Part shown: positions 52,619 to 62,154 of the stretch, one piece after another
How the letters are laid out: every line of letters starts with the position of its first letter
Position numbering within the stretch: position 1 is the stretch's first letter
Source of the DNA: Candidatus Methanomethylicia archaeon
GTDB taxonomy: Archaea; Thermoproteota; Methanomethylicia; CALHIW01
Direction: 5' to 3'
DNA: 64,000 nt
NCBI GenBank assembly: GCA_038845975.1
Contig: JAWBQF010000005.1
Span: forward strand, 1-64,000
Notes under the pieces: generated by a model
What the model saw: the letters and a program-made list of their open reading frames with translations, nothing else
Databases searched by the model: none
What the model was told of the DNA's origin: nothing
Position numbers and translations under genes: made by a program

Positions 52619-53977
52619 ATCGTAGTTTTCAGGTTTAAAACCTGGAATTCTACTGTATTTATTTATGGAGTCTTTAATAAGCTTATCCTCATCGGGAACA
52701 TTATTTAGGAATTTTTTCAGAATGGATAGATATGTAGTTTCTAGTTTAGGTAAACTTAAACTGTTTAGCTCTTCTTCTATTATTTCTAGTGACTCCTTGA
52801 AGGCTTTAATAACTCTCTCATAATCAGTATCTGTAGAAGTAATGGATTTAGCTATTCTAAATGCGTTTTCAGGGGATAGAATTAGTGCCTGAGGGTCTCT
52901 GTAGATATCTGAATTTACCAGTATTTTTTGAAGTGTTTTATTAACATTCATGTCTATAGATTTATTCATTAATTCAGTATCGTATCCTAATGCTTCAAGA
53001 ATAACAGCTGTTGATTTGCCCCCGAAGAAGTCTTCGAAAACTATTGTTTCATTAGACCAAAGATCACATGTAGCTGCTGATATGTTTCCAAGTAGACTTG
53101 AATGCGCATAAGAGGCTGTTTTACCCTCCATTGAGATAGGATACCCTGTTATGATTTTAACTATGGTGTTTTCATATGCGCAGTCCTTTCCAGGTCCCTG
53201 AGCCCCCTCCTCATAGCATTTTAGGGTTCTAACAGCACACATAGCTCTAATGGCTGCTGCAAGTATGTGAGATATTCTCCTATCTACTAAACCATTAGCT
53301 AAGACCATAGCTGAATTAGCTAGTGCACATGCACTATCACTGGCTGGAATCGCTTTACTACATGTTTTAACTATTTCATGCCATAGGAAGCTAACATCTC
53401 TAATTGAGAGGATAGCTATTGAGAAAAGAATACCTCTCAAATCATTTCTTATTAGTGAATATGAAAATACCTCCTGTCCTCCTCTTGACTCTACTGATAT
53501 TAAATCAGCACCATTAGTAGATACAGACTTAATTGTTTCTATCATCATTTTTAAGTATTCTCCACATCTTAAGCCTATATTGAATCTTCTAATATCTGCT
53601 ATGGTTATACGTAGAGCTGATTTTAATCCGTATTCAGAATAGTATTTTGATAGAATTTCCTTTTGGGATTTAACTATTTCCCCACTTAAATCCGGATTCA
53701 TTGTTAAGGGTTCTGTAAGCTCAGTATCTAGTTGAACATTTCTAAAACCTAGATTTAGTGCTCTATGCACAATGGATAATGCTATCTTTTCATATTCATC
53801 TACTAGAAGTTCAGGCTTATTTTCAAATCCAGGCTTTAAAATATACTTAACTTCAGGTACTACTTTTCCATCCCCTACTGAAAGTTCAAAGCCGTATTTA
53901 AGTGGTTTTTTAGCTATTCCAAAGCATACCTCCTCAGCATTACTGTATGCTAGATTCTTGAAGAAAACTACTCCCAT
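52610..53977 (-). CDS. mtaB: Methanol:corrinoid methyltransferase
   Basis: 455 aa. SVESRGG (Zn Glu), DSACALANSAM (Zn Cys), GPGKDCAYEN (Zn Cys), EGKT...AHS..GN, DLWSNE, RDPQ. Confidence 0.9.
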   Translation of the reverse strand: MGVVFFKNLAYSNAEEVCFGIAKKPLKYGFELSVGDGKVVPEVKYILKPGFENKPELLVDEYEKIALSIVHRALNLGFRNVQLDTELTEPLTMNPDLSGEIVKSQKEILSKYYSEYGLKSALRITIADIRRFNIGLRCGEYLKMMIETIKSVSTNGADLISVESRGGQEVFSYSLIRNDLRGILFSIAILSIRDVSFLWHEIVKTCSKAIPASDSACALANSAMVLANGLVDRRISHILAAAIRAMCAVRTLKCYEEGAQGPGKDCAYENTIVKIITGYPISMEGKTASYAHSSLLGNISAATCDLWSNETIVFEDFFGGKSTAVILEALGYDTELMNKSIDMNVNKTLQKILVNSDIYRDPQALILSPENAFRIAKSITSTDTDYERVIKAFKESLEIIEEELNSLSLPKLETTYLSILKKFLNNVPDEDKLIKDSINKYSRIPGFKPENYDLS

Positions 53978-55350
53978 CTTGGAAGACCTAGATCCTCAAG
54001 CTCTTTCCAAATTTTTTCGTATATTTCAAGCCATTCCCTTGAGGGCCGAAGAGTTTTTAAATCAGTACATTCAGGAAAGCTTTTACCTTTAGGAGGATCT
54101 TTAAGTTTAGATTCATATTTAGGTAGTAGTGCTTTAACGATTTCATTAACATCTGAAAGCTTTAAGTTCTTAGCTGATGATTTAAGTACTTCAGCGAAGA
54201 ACTTGTTTTCTAGAGCGCTTCCATAATTCTTGTATCTGCATGCAGTAGGTCTAGTACCTATTTCTATAGCTATGCCTGAAACAGATTCCACCATGGATAT
54301 AGTTGCAGTTTCGTAGAGAAGCATTTCTGTACATGGCCCGCTAACTTGGCTTGTTATTCCTAAATTCATTATCTTGTTATTTCTTGATCTTGCTTGGACA
54401 CTTATACTTGTAGCCCACAAAGCTTCCCTACCAGTATTACCAAAGTATCTAGCATCAAGAATTGTACTTTCAATTAATGTCGGAAGCATTGAAGCTGCTT
54501 GGAGAATTTGAGCAGCAATAGACCCTATAGCAGCTCCTTCAGGGGATCCGAAGTATCCTCCAATACATAGCATGTGACCCGCTTCTAAAGGTGATCCCAC
54601 TAGATGGTTTACAGCTACCCTATGAAATATTTGATATGGTAGGGTTATAGGTTCAGGTATTAATGCTATACCTATTGTTCTATCAGGTTCAAACCCTCCC
54701 CATAGGAATCCTCCGAAGTATCCATATTCTGTTGGTGCTCCCTCCACTCCATGCAGAGGCATTCCAGGCCTCCCTACTCTAGTTAGAGCCTCCTTAACAT
54801 ATCTAGCCTCATACATTCCCATTATTGTTTCATAGGGAGTTCTAGCTCTAATTTCACGTCCATTTATTGTGTCTAAGGTAGGTGCAAGAATAATATCTAT
54901 TACCTTATACTGCGCAATTGCCATGCAGAGTGGAATAAAGTACTCCTCTGAGATCGCCATACCCAGAGATGATCCTTCAGCAACAGGAGGATTTCTATCT
55001 TCAGGTTTTCTACTTCTAATTGTAACACTATCCTTACCATAGCCTAAAGTTATTTCTGAGGGAGTGTTTTGAAGAGCTTCTCTTATTTCCTCTTCAGTAA
55101 ACATGATTCTTCTACCTGTATCTGGGCAGAACATTCCAATCCTTAAGGCCAACTCGTATCCAGCCTTATAGAATTCATCAGCAAGTTTTAAATCAGTATT
55201 TACTGGATTACTAGGATTAAATGTTTTCTCTAATCCATGCTCCTTCAGTATCTGTCTAGTAATCTGTGGAACTAGCTTAAACTCGAATTCCCGCTTAGTA
55301 GTAATGGGTCCGGTAAGAGTTTTATCCAGTATATTAAATAGAAGATCCAT
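53968..55350 (-). CDS. mtmB: Monomethylamine methyltransferase homolog without pyrrolysine
   Basis: 460 aa, uninterrupted. LADEFYKAG, CPDTGR, TPYE, GRPGMPLHG (His200 at the Pyl site), GGYFGSPEG, GPCTEM.L.E, P.GKSF.EC.D. Confidence 0.88.
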   Translation of the reverse strand: MDLLFNILDKTLTGPITTKREFEFKLVPQITRQILKEHGLEKTFNPSNPVNTDLKLADEFYKAGYELALRIGMFCPDTGRRIMFTEEEIREALQNTPSEITLGYGKDSVTIRSRKPEDRNPPVAEGSSLGMAISEEYFIPLCMAIAQYKVIDIILAPTLDTINGREIRARTPYETIMGMYEARYVKEALTRVGRPGMPLHGVEGAPTEYGYFGGFLWGGFEPDRTIGIALIPEPITLPYQIFHRVAVNHLVGSPLEAGHMLCIGGYFGSPEGAAIGSIAAQILQAASMLPTLIESTILDARYFGNTGREALWATSISVQARSRNNKIMNLGITSQVSGPCTEMLLYETATISMVESVSGIAIEIGTRPTACRYKNYGSALENKFFAEVLKSSAKNLKLSDVNEIVKALLPKYESKLKDPPKGKSFPECTDLKTLRPSREWLEIYEKIWKELEDLGLPRWE

Positions 55351-55359
55351 AAAGATCCT

Positions 55360-56055
55360 CTAGCGCCACTCTCCAATTATAATGGGTTTCTCTACTTTAC
55401 TTCCCCTTTCCATAAGGATGTTGCATAGTTCAACAGCTCTTTCAGCATCTTTAGCCCATCCATCAGCACCTATTTCTTTAGCCCATTCAGGACTAACAGC
55501 AGCCCCTCCAACTATAATGTAAAACTTACTTCTAATATTCTCATCTATTAATCTCTGAATTACATCTCTCATATAGAACATAGATGGAGTTAGAAGACAT
55601 GAAATACCTATAATGTCTGCAGATTCGGTTTTAGCTACTTCAACAAATTTGGTTGGATGAACATCATTACCTAAATCTATAATTTGATAACCATTAGCAC
55701 TTAGCATGGCTGAAACTATGTTTTTCCCAATATCATGAATATCACCATAAATTGTTCCTATAACTATCTTTCCCTTAAAAACTTGTGTTCCACCCTTAGG
55801 AAGTAGAATCTTTAAAGCCTCTTGAGCAGCTTCTCCAGCTAAAACAAGTTCTGGTAGAAAGATTTCAAGTCTTTCATATTTTTCCCCTAAGATATCCATT
55901 GCTGGCTTAATAGCTTCATCTATTATCTTAACTACTGAAACTTCAGATTCACTTAGCATTAATGCTGCATTCTTAGCAGCTTCAGAATCCCCATTTAAAA
56001 TAGCTTCCTTAAGAAGGTTCAGGTTTTTATCAATAATCTCCTTATCTCTACACAT
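55360..56055 (-). CDS. Methyltransferase-cognate corrinoid protein (MtaC/MtmC-like); ORF track start 56100, likely start 56055
   Basis: IFLPELV, GTIYGDIHDIGKNIV (DxHxxG), IVGGA, IGADG. TATA-like box about 30 nt upstream of ATG 56055. Confidence 0.92.
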   Translation of the reverse strand: MCRDKEIIDKNLNLLKEAILNGDSEAAKNAALMLSESEVSVVKIIDEAIKPAMDILGEKYERLEIFLPELVLAGEAAQEALKILLPKGGTQVFKGKIVIGTIYGDIHDIGKNIVSAMLSANGYQIIDLGNDVHPTKFVEVAKTESADIIGISCLLTPSMFYMRDVIQRLIDENIRSKFYIIVGGAAVSPEWAKEIGADGWAKDAERAVELCNILMERGSKVEKPIIIGEWR

Positions 56056-56161
56056 GGTAATCAAATAGTATATAGGGGGTTGCTTAAGTTTTTTACTCAT
56101 GTTTAAGTATGTCTCCTATTAGTTATGAATTTATTAATCTAAGCATAAATTTTAGTTGTAT

Positions 56162-56528
56162 GGCTTTGTTAAATTAAGCTTGTTTCATCATCTTTTTTAA
56201 TAATTAAATGATCAGTAATAACCGTTAGCATCTTTAATATTTGAGGATGCAAAATTATGTGTGAGTAATGTATTAGATTATCCTACTCTCAATGAAATAC
56301 ATATTCATTTATATTCATCAACATAACTCTCCTAATTAATAGATCGATGATAACTTCAAAATCTATAAACCCACATACTCATAACGTAATCAATATCCAA
56401 ACTCTACCTACACACCTAAATTAATAGAATAAATATGAGTACACAGAACCCCATAAACTACTAAGAACACATAGAAAACCCTATAAACTCTAGATAGTAT
56501 ACAGCCAATGACTTAAGTTAACAAAGCC
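56162..56528. mobile_element. Decayed non-autonomous element (367 bp) sharing TIRs with the MITE/IS6-like family
   Basis: GGCTTTGTTAAATTAAG / CTTAAGTTAACAAAGCC (16/17 inverted match). Confidence 0.7.
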
Positions 56529-56637
56529 TCCTTATATTAGGATAGTTAAGCATTATTGTTAAGCCTAATCACTTCTACTTTAAAATCGATACCTCATCCT
56601 AAGGGTATTCTACTTAAGTTAACAGAACATATAAGCA

Positions 56638-56697
56638 AGCTCTGCAAAATTTAAATGTAAGATACATGTATAGCTGATGGCTTAAGTTCACAACACC
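56638..56697 (+). mobile_element. 60-bp MITE, copy 3
   Basis: CATGTATAGCTGATGGCTTAAGTTCACA shared with the other copies. Perfect 8-bp target duplication TATAAGCA at 56630..56637 and 56698..56705. Confidence 0.85.
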
Positions 56698-57505
56698 TAT
56701 AAGCAACCCATAACATTTATGAAGATGCTACATTAATAGCGCAATGAATAAAGAATAATCCTAGAGCTAAAGTTAACGGAAAAGCTGTATGCTCTATATA
56801 CAATATTCACAAGTTATAATTAGTCTCGCAATGTTAAAGTTACGAAATAACATTGCCAGGAAATATGTAACATATTAATGAGAGAAATACTAAATCTACT
56901 TAGAAACTCATCTCTTAATCTCCTATGATAATCCTGAAATTTGGATAGTAGTGGAAGAATTGTTAAAGATTTAATGGAGAAGAAGGATAGAGTATATCTA
57001 TACAGCTTAAACATAAATATCTTCTTTATTTACTGTGAACCATTCTATAATTGCTTACCATCCATAACATCATCAATAATAGATATTCAGTAGGCTTCTA
57101 ATGTTTAAGCTAAGTTTATTGTAGTGTTGTCTTATATATTTATTGGATACTTGTTTATAAGGCTAAGGGCTTGTATTTTCTTGAAATGGAAAGAGGTTTT
57201 CTAAATAAATTAGGACCTAATAGGAGGTGTAGCAGTAATATTAAGTCTAGCATATGTCATATGGAGCGATATCTTTAAGATTTGGAGTTAGTAAGGAAGG
57301 CATATCTGGATGAATTGGACATGTAGGAAGCATGATGTAGTATTCATTATAATAAGATTAGAACTAATAGAAACAAGAATAAGCAAGGATATAGAGATCA
57401 TAGTTGAGCAGTCCTAAAACAAGCAATATAGCTTTTTCCTCATTTAATCATGTTAACTCCATAAGTATAGAGTTAGATTAATATGTGTAGTAGTAAAAGT
57501 TTATA

Positions 57506-57994
57506 TTGGTTAAGATAATATTATGTGGTGGTAACGTGGTTGAGAAGTGGAAGAGTGAAGCTTATGAGCGTTTAGGACGTGAATGGATAAAGGGGGTTGT
57601 AACTGGTTTAAATGAGGTTGATGAAGAGATAGCTAGGAAAATTCTGAAAGAATGCGGTGAAGCCTGCGCTAAAATTTGGCTTGACTCCTACGGTTATGAT
57701 CCGGCATCCTACGATTTAAATTCTTGGATAAGACTTATTCAACAATTAGAGCCTGATGTTCGAAGTATTAATATAGTGGGGAACATTATTACTTATGAGC
57801 TTAAACCTAAGGAATGCATATGCCCACTAGTTTCAGGAAACATAGTTAAGTTGACTTCTAAGCTATGTTCAGCATGTGCTGTTAACTTCTTCGAGTACAT
57901 ATTCAGGAAAGTTACTAAGAAGCCTGTTAGAGCTAGGATTATAGAGAGCTTTGCAACTGGAGCTGATAAATGTGTTTTCCAAATACAGATATAG
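57506..57994 (+). CDS. Cys-rich V4R/DUF6144-like small-ligand or metal-binding protein
   Basis: CGEAC, CICPLV, CSAC, ESFATGADKC.F.I. Confidence 0.6.
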   Translation: MVKIILCGGNVVEKWKSEAYERLGREWIKGVVTGLNEVDEEIARKILKECGEACAKIWLDSYGYDPASYDLNSWIRLIQQLEPDVRSINIVGNIITYELKPKECICPLVSGNIVKLTSKLCSACAVNFFEYIFRKVTKKPVRARIIESFATGADKCVFQIQI

Positions 57995-58102
57995 TAACTT
58001 TAAAATAGTATTTTATACGACTCTATATTTAAACTTCTATAAGTTAAGAGTAAATTGGGATTTTAGTTAATATCTTTACCTAATTTTTTAACCTTGTAAA
58101 AA

Positions 58103-58741
58103 TTATTGTTTGGATGGTTTAGGATATCTTGAAGCACCATATCTTTCTTGTGCTATGCGGTATAATGGTATATTGTGCTCTTCTGGGAAACGGTTTCCGC
58201 CTTTTATCATTAATACAATTTGTTTTCCAAGTTCTCTAGCTGCTTTCATTCCCCTTTCATCGTTTACTATGCTTCCCTTCTCGTAGGCTAATCCTTCAAC
58301 AGATTCAGCACATATCATGTGGTTACTGATAAAGTACCTGTTAAAGAAGTTTAATGTTTCAACAGCTCCAGTTCTACCGGCTACAGCGATTGCTGCAGCA
58401 ACCTTATTTGAAAGTTTAAGATTTGGAAAGGTAAGTGCATATGTTCGGTCTATGAAGATTTTTGCTTGTGCACACATTTGCCAGAAGTATACAGGTGTAC
58501 CGAATATTATACCATCTGCTTCAAGAAGCTTTTTATACATGATCTGCATATCATCGTTTATGCGGCACTCACCCGTTTTATGACATGATCCACATCCATC
58601 GCAAGGATTAATTTTATAGTCTCTAGTTGTAATAAGCTCAGCTTCAGCACCTGCTTCTCTAGCTCCTTCAAGTGCTTCACGAACAATTATTTCAGTATTC
58701 CCGTTTTTCCTAGGACTGAAAACTATGCCTAAAACCTTCAA
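58103..58741 (-). CDS. Iron-sulfur flavoprotein (Isf/WrbA-type flavodoxin fold)
   Basis: SPRKNGNT, CDGCGSCHKTGEC, GTPVYF, K.FIDR. Confidence 0.9.
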   Translation of the reverse strand: MKVLGIVFSPRKNGNTEIIVREALEGAREAGAEAELITTRDYKINPCDGCGSCHKTGECRINDDMQIMYKKLLEADGIIFGTPVYFWQMCAQAKIFIDRTYALTFPNLKLSNKVAAAIAVAGRTGAVETLNFFNRYFISNHMICAESVEGLAYEKGSIVNDERGMKAARELGKQIVLMIKGGNRFPEEHNIPLYRIAQERYGASRYPKPSKQ

Positions 58742-59398
58742 CTTATCCCCCTAAATATAAGGAAACAACATCTTAAATACTTATTGATTAAAATAAGTTG
58801 GTAATGTTTAGATAAGTAATGTGAATTTAAGCTTCTATATAGAGTTAATGAATTATTAGATACTTAAGAGGAAACCATATTATTTTATAATAAGCTAAGC
58901 GTAAAGATTATATTAAGAAGTAATCATAGTCCTCATTAAGTCCTCAACCTGAGACTCTATTTAGTTATTAGCTGTAAATATTTAAGCCTAATCTTAGCTG
59001 TTAATTACTTCTACTAGAAGGAGTTGCGTAGTAGTTGGGGGTATGTGGGTACTAGGATTTAAACTTATTAAAAGCATGAATTAGCATTAATGAGTATTTA
59101 GGAGTGATTATCATTGTTAAGCTAGGAGGAAATAGTATATGGAAATGAATTACATTAACTTATACGATTTAAGGTTAAGAACATATTGGGAGATACGTCT
59201 AAATTCATTCTAGAGACTGTTGACAATTAGAATTCTTGACTGATGGAAACTGAGATTTAAAGAATAAGTAGTCCTCTATCCTAAGTCTCTTAAACTATAT
59301 CAGCTCCTTAAGCAAAAAACAGTTAAAATACTTAATTGAACACTATCAACAATTTAGTTAAAGTTAAATTCGTTAAAGTTTAGAATATATGTGTATTT

Positions 59399-60373
59399 AT
59401 GAAGGCAGTTGTGTTTAAAGGTCCTAGAAAGATGGATGTTGAGAATATACCTAATCCATCTTCATCTAAAGGAGAAGTTCTTGTTAGGTTTAGAGCTGGT
59501 AGTATTTGTGGTACGGATTTACATTTTTATCGTGGTGAGTGGAATGTCTTAAGGATTGGACAGGTTATTGGCCATGATGCTTGTGGGGAGCTGCTTGATA
59601 CTAGAGTAAGAGTTGTTATGGTTCCAGTAATTTATTGTGGTTTATGCTGGTATTGTTCTCAAGGTTTACCTCATTTATGTGAAAATGGAGGAATTAAAGG
59701 TTTTGATTATGATGGTTTCTTCTCAGAGTATGTTGTAGTACCTGAAAGAAATCTTCTTCCAATTCCTGAGGGTGTAAGTGATGATGAAGCTGCAGTTCTT
59801 GAACCTGTTGCTCTTGCAATTCATACTTTAGATATGCTTAATCCTAGAGTTCATGAGTGGGTAACTATAATTGGTCAAGGTCCAATAGGTATATTAATGA
59901 CTCAAATAGCAAAGCTTAAAGGATGTAGAGTTATTGCAATTGATATGCTTGACTATAGATTAAAGCTTTCAGAAAAATTTGGCGCTGACTTCTGCATTAA
60001 TGCTCAGAATGAGAATTCAGCTAGTAGAGTTATGGAGATTACTGGAAGGGGATCGGATATAGTGATTGAGGCTGCGGGAACTAGGCAGGCTGTTGAGCAA
60101 ACTCCACTCCTAACTAGAAAAGCTGGAAAGATTGCTTTAGTGGGAGGGTTTGATGGCTATCTAGATTTAGGAGTTGTTGGGGAGATTAAGCTATTTACTA
60201 GCCACATTTCCCCCATAGAGTATCCTCTAGCTTTAAGGCTTATAGCTGAAGGAAGGGTAGATGTTAAAAGCTTAGTAACTCATAGATTTAGGCTAACTGA
60301 ATTCAAGCAGGCAATAGAAACAGCAAATAATCTATCGGAGAAGCCGGTAAAAGTTATTATTACAGCATACTAG
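59399..60373 (+). CDS. Zn-dependent medium-chain alcohol/polyol dehydrogenase
   Basis: ICGTDLH, GHD (variant of GHE), CGLCWYC.......C, EP, GQGPIG. Confidence 0.88.
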   Translation: MKAVVFKGPRKMDVENIPNPSSSKGEVLVRFRAGSICGTDLHFYRGEWNVLRIGQVIGHDACGELLDTRVRVVMVPVIYCGLCWYCSQGLPHLCENGGIKGFDYDGFFSEYVVVPERNLLPIPEGVSDDEAAVLEPVALAIHTLDMLNPRVHEWVTIIGQGPIGILMTQIAKLKGCRVIAIDMLDYRLKLSEKFGADFCINAQNENSASRVMEITGRGSDIVIEAAGTRQAVEQTPLLTRKAGKIALVGGFDGYLDLGVVGEIKLFTSHISPIEYPLALRLIAEGRVDVKSLVTHRFRLTEFKQAIETANNLSEKPVKVIITAY

Positions 60374-60379
60374 AAGTAG

Positions 60380-61165
60380 TTAACCCAGTATTTTAGATAT
60401 TGAATCCTCAGTCTTTATCATTAATATCTTTGCCATAATTTTTTCAATAGCTTTAACTGCAGGTGAATCCCCGGATATTTTAGTTATGGGTAACCCTCTT
60501 AAATCATGTATTAAAATATTTTGATCTTCTGGAATGCAACCTATCAGTTCAAGTTCTATTTTTTCAATTTCATCCCTAATATAGTTTAGACTGTTTTTAG
60601 GTATTCTATTAGCTACAATGTAGAATCTTCTAATTTTAGTATCTAGCTCAATGGATAAATCTCTTATACGTTTAGCTGTTAGAATTCCCCTTATACTTGG
60701 ATCGGTAACAATAAGCATTACGTTAACGTCTCTAGTTGTTCTTCTACTTAAATGTTCAAGACCTGCTTCAGTATCCATGATGACGTAGTCATAGTTTCTA
60801 GAAAGCTTATCAATGATTTTCCTAAGAACATGGTTAATGTAACAATAACATCCAGGCCCCTCAGGTCTACCCATAGGTAGGAGGTCAAATCCATCCCCCT
60901 CAGCGATAACCTCGCTATATATAAGATATTCGAAATAGTCTTCTCTCGAGCTTGTTAATTCACCTATTTTTAGAAGCTCCTCTCTAACCTCACCTAGCGT
61001 CTTTTTAATTTCAATACCTAAAGCCTCATTAAGATTTGTATTTGGATCAGCATCAACGGCAAGTACTGATCCTAATTTGTTTCTATTAAGATAATCTATG
61101 ATTAAAGCTGAAACTGTTGTTTTACCTGATCCCCCCTTACCGCTTACCGCAATCGTAAACGTCAT
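60380..61165 (-). CDS. cooC: CODH/ACS nickel-insertion ATPase (CooC/AcsF)
   Basis: GKGGSGKTT, VDADPN.NL, GPGCYC, DTEAGLEH.SR. Confidence 0.92.
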   Translation of the reverse strand: MTFTIAVSGKGGSGKTTVSALIIDYLNRNKLGSVLAVDADPNTNLNEALGIEIKKTLGEVREELLKIGELTSSREDYFEYLIYSEVIAEGDGFDLLPMGRPEGPGCYCYINHVLRKIIDKLSRNYDYVIMDTEAGLEHLSRRTTRDVNVMLIVTDPSIRGILTAKRIRDLSIELDTKIRRFYIVANRIPKNSLNYIRDEIEKIELELIGCIPEDQNILIHDLRGLPITKISGDSPAVKAIEKIMAKILMIKTEDSISKILG

Positions 61166-61220
61166 AGATTATGCTCAGCCAAGTAGTATATAAATATTTG
61201 TTACATTATGGTAATCTTAT

Positions 61221-61685
61221 CTAGCATATATAGCTTGGCCGAATTGTCTTTCTAAAGCTATAAATACCCATATATGAATATCCCAACTCTAGTAGGATGC
61301 TTAAAGTTAGGTTTCCAATATTTATTAGCTTAACAGTCTTCACTCCTCTTGCACTAAGATAGTCCTCAACATATTTTAGAAAGTTTTTTAATACTTCTAT
61401 ACCACTACTGGATTTATCATAGATCATTACTGTTAAAGTGGCTTCATCCTCCCTTATATGTGTGTAAGCTACTCCATACTCAACCTGTCTTTGAAAGGTG
61501 TCTGAAGGAACTAGCTCAACAATAACTTTTCTATCATTAACTGTAGAGATTTTAACGTTGAACTTCTCGCTTTCTATGGATTTAGTAATTCTAAAGGTAA
61601 TATTGTTATCTATGCTATTTATAATGATTTTAAATCTTCCCAAGCCTGGAACATCAATTTCGCAGCCTAACATAGTAAATAACAT
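61221..61685 (-). CDS. Hypothetical protein, possible degenerate GNAT-like fold
   Basis: 154 aa between cooT and cooC. GIEVLK...E.Y....GVKTV.L....LGY pattern. Confidence 0.55.
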   Translation of the reverse strand: MLFTMLGCEIDVPGLGRFKIIINSIDNNITFRITKSIESEKFNVKISTVNDRKVIVELVPSDTFQRQVEYGVAYTHIREDEATLTVMIYDKSSSGIEVLKNFLKYVEDYLSARGVKTVKLINIGNLTLSILLELGYSYMGIYSFRKTIRPSYIC

Positions 61686-61694
61686 ATAGTTTAG

Positions 61695-62033
61695 CTATTT
61701 ATGTGTTAAAATCCATAGTTTCTTCACCATAGCGTCTCCTTCATTCTTAATCTCTTCCCATAATTTCTCTATGTCCTCACTATATATTCCCCTATTGATT
61801 AATTCACCGTATTTACCTAGGAAAATCAGTAGTTTACCAATAATGCTGCTTCTTTTAATCTTTAAGGTTTCTGATTGGACATCTACTTCTTCAATAAGAG
61901 CTGAAGAAATGGTTTTCCTCATACCTAAAACATTCTTTAATATTATAGTTTCTCCATCAACCTTAGCATAAACAACATCATCATATACCTTTTCAACTTC
62001 CCCATTCCCAATGAAAACTTTAAATTCACACAT
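61695..62033 (-). CDS. cooT: CooT-family nickel chaperone with C-terminal extension
   Basis: Starts MCEFKV (Cys2). DVVYAKVDG..I.L..VLG..K.I...I.EVD. Upstream of cooC. Confidence 0.78.
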   Translation of the reverse strand: MCEFKVFIGNGEVEKVYDDVVYAKVDGETIILKNVLGMRKTISSALIEEVDVQSETLKIKRSSIIGKLLIFLGKYGELINRGIYSEDIEKLWEEIKNEGDAMVKKLWILTHK

Positions 62034-62154
62034 TTTCTCTCATTCTATTAGATTGTAAATTATTTAAGAGTTTCGCCTACATCATTATGATTAATGGAGC
62101 TCCATACCATGTATTGGTTTAGAGTTGCTTTCATTTTACTAGTTATTCAATTTT

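Noticed and set aside
55348-55362. Corrinoid gene TAG is in frame with the mtmB ATG (TAG AGG ATC TTT ATG). Similar open in-frame amber junctions occur at 28134, 49155 and 61695, suggesting Pyl read-through fusions.
   Set aside because: Spacers of 9-12 nt often just hold the RBS. Other TAG junctions are out of frame or closed by TAA, a BMP-ATPase fusion is topologically implausible, and no pyl genes or internal ambers in intact genes were seen.
59040-59070. GTGGGTACTAGGATTTAAACT faintly resembles the reverse complement of a tRNA 3' end (att site)
   Set aside because: No cloverleaf, low GC, no second copy and no integrase.
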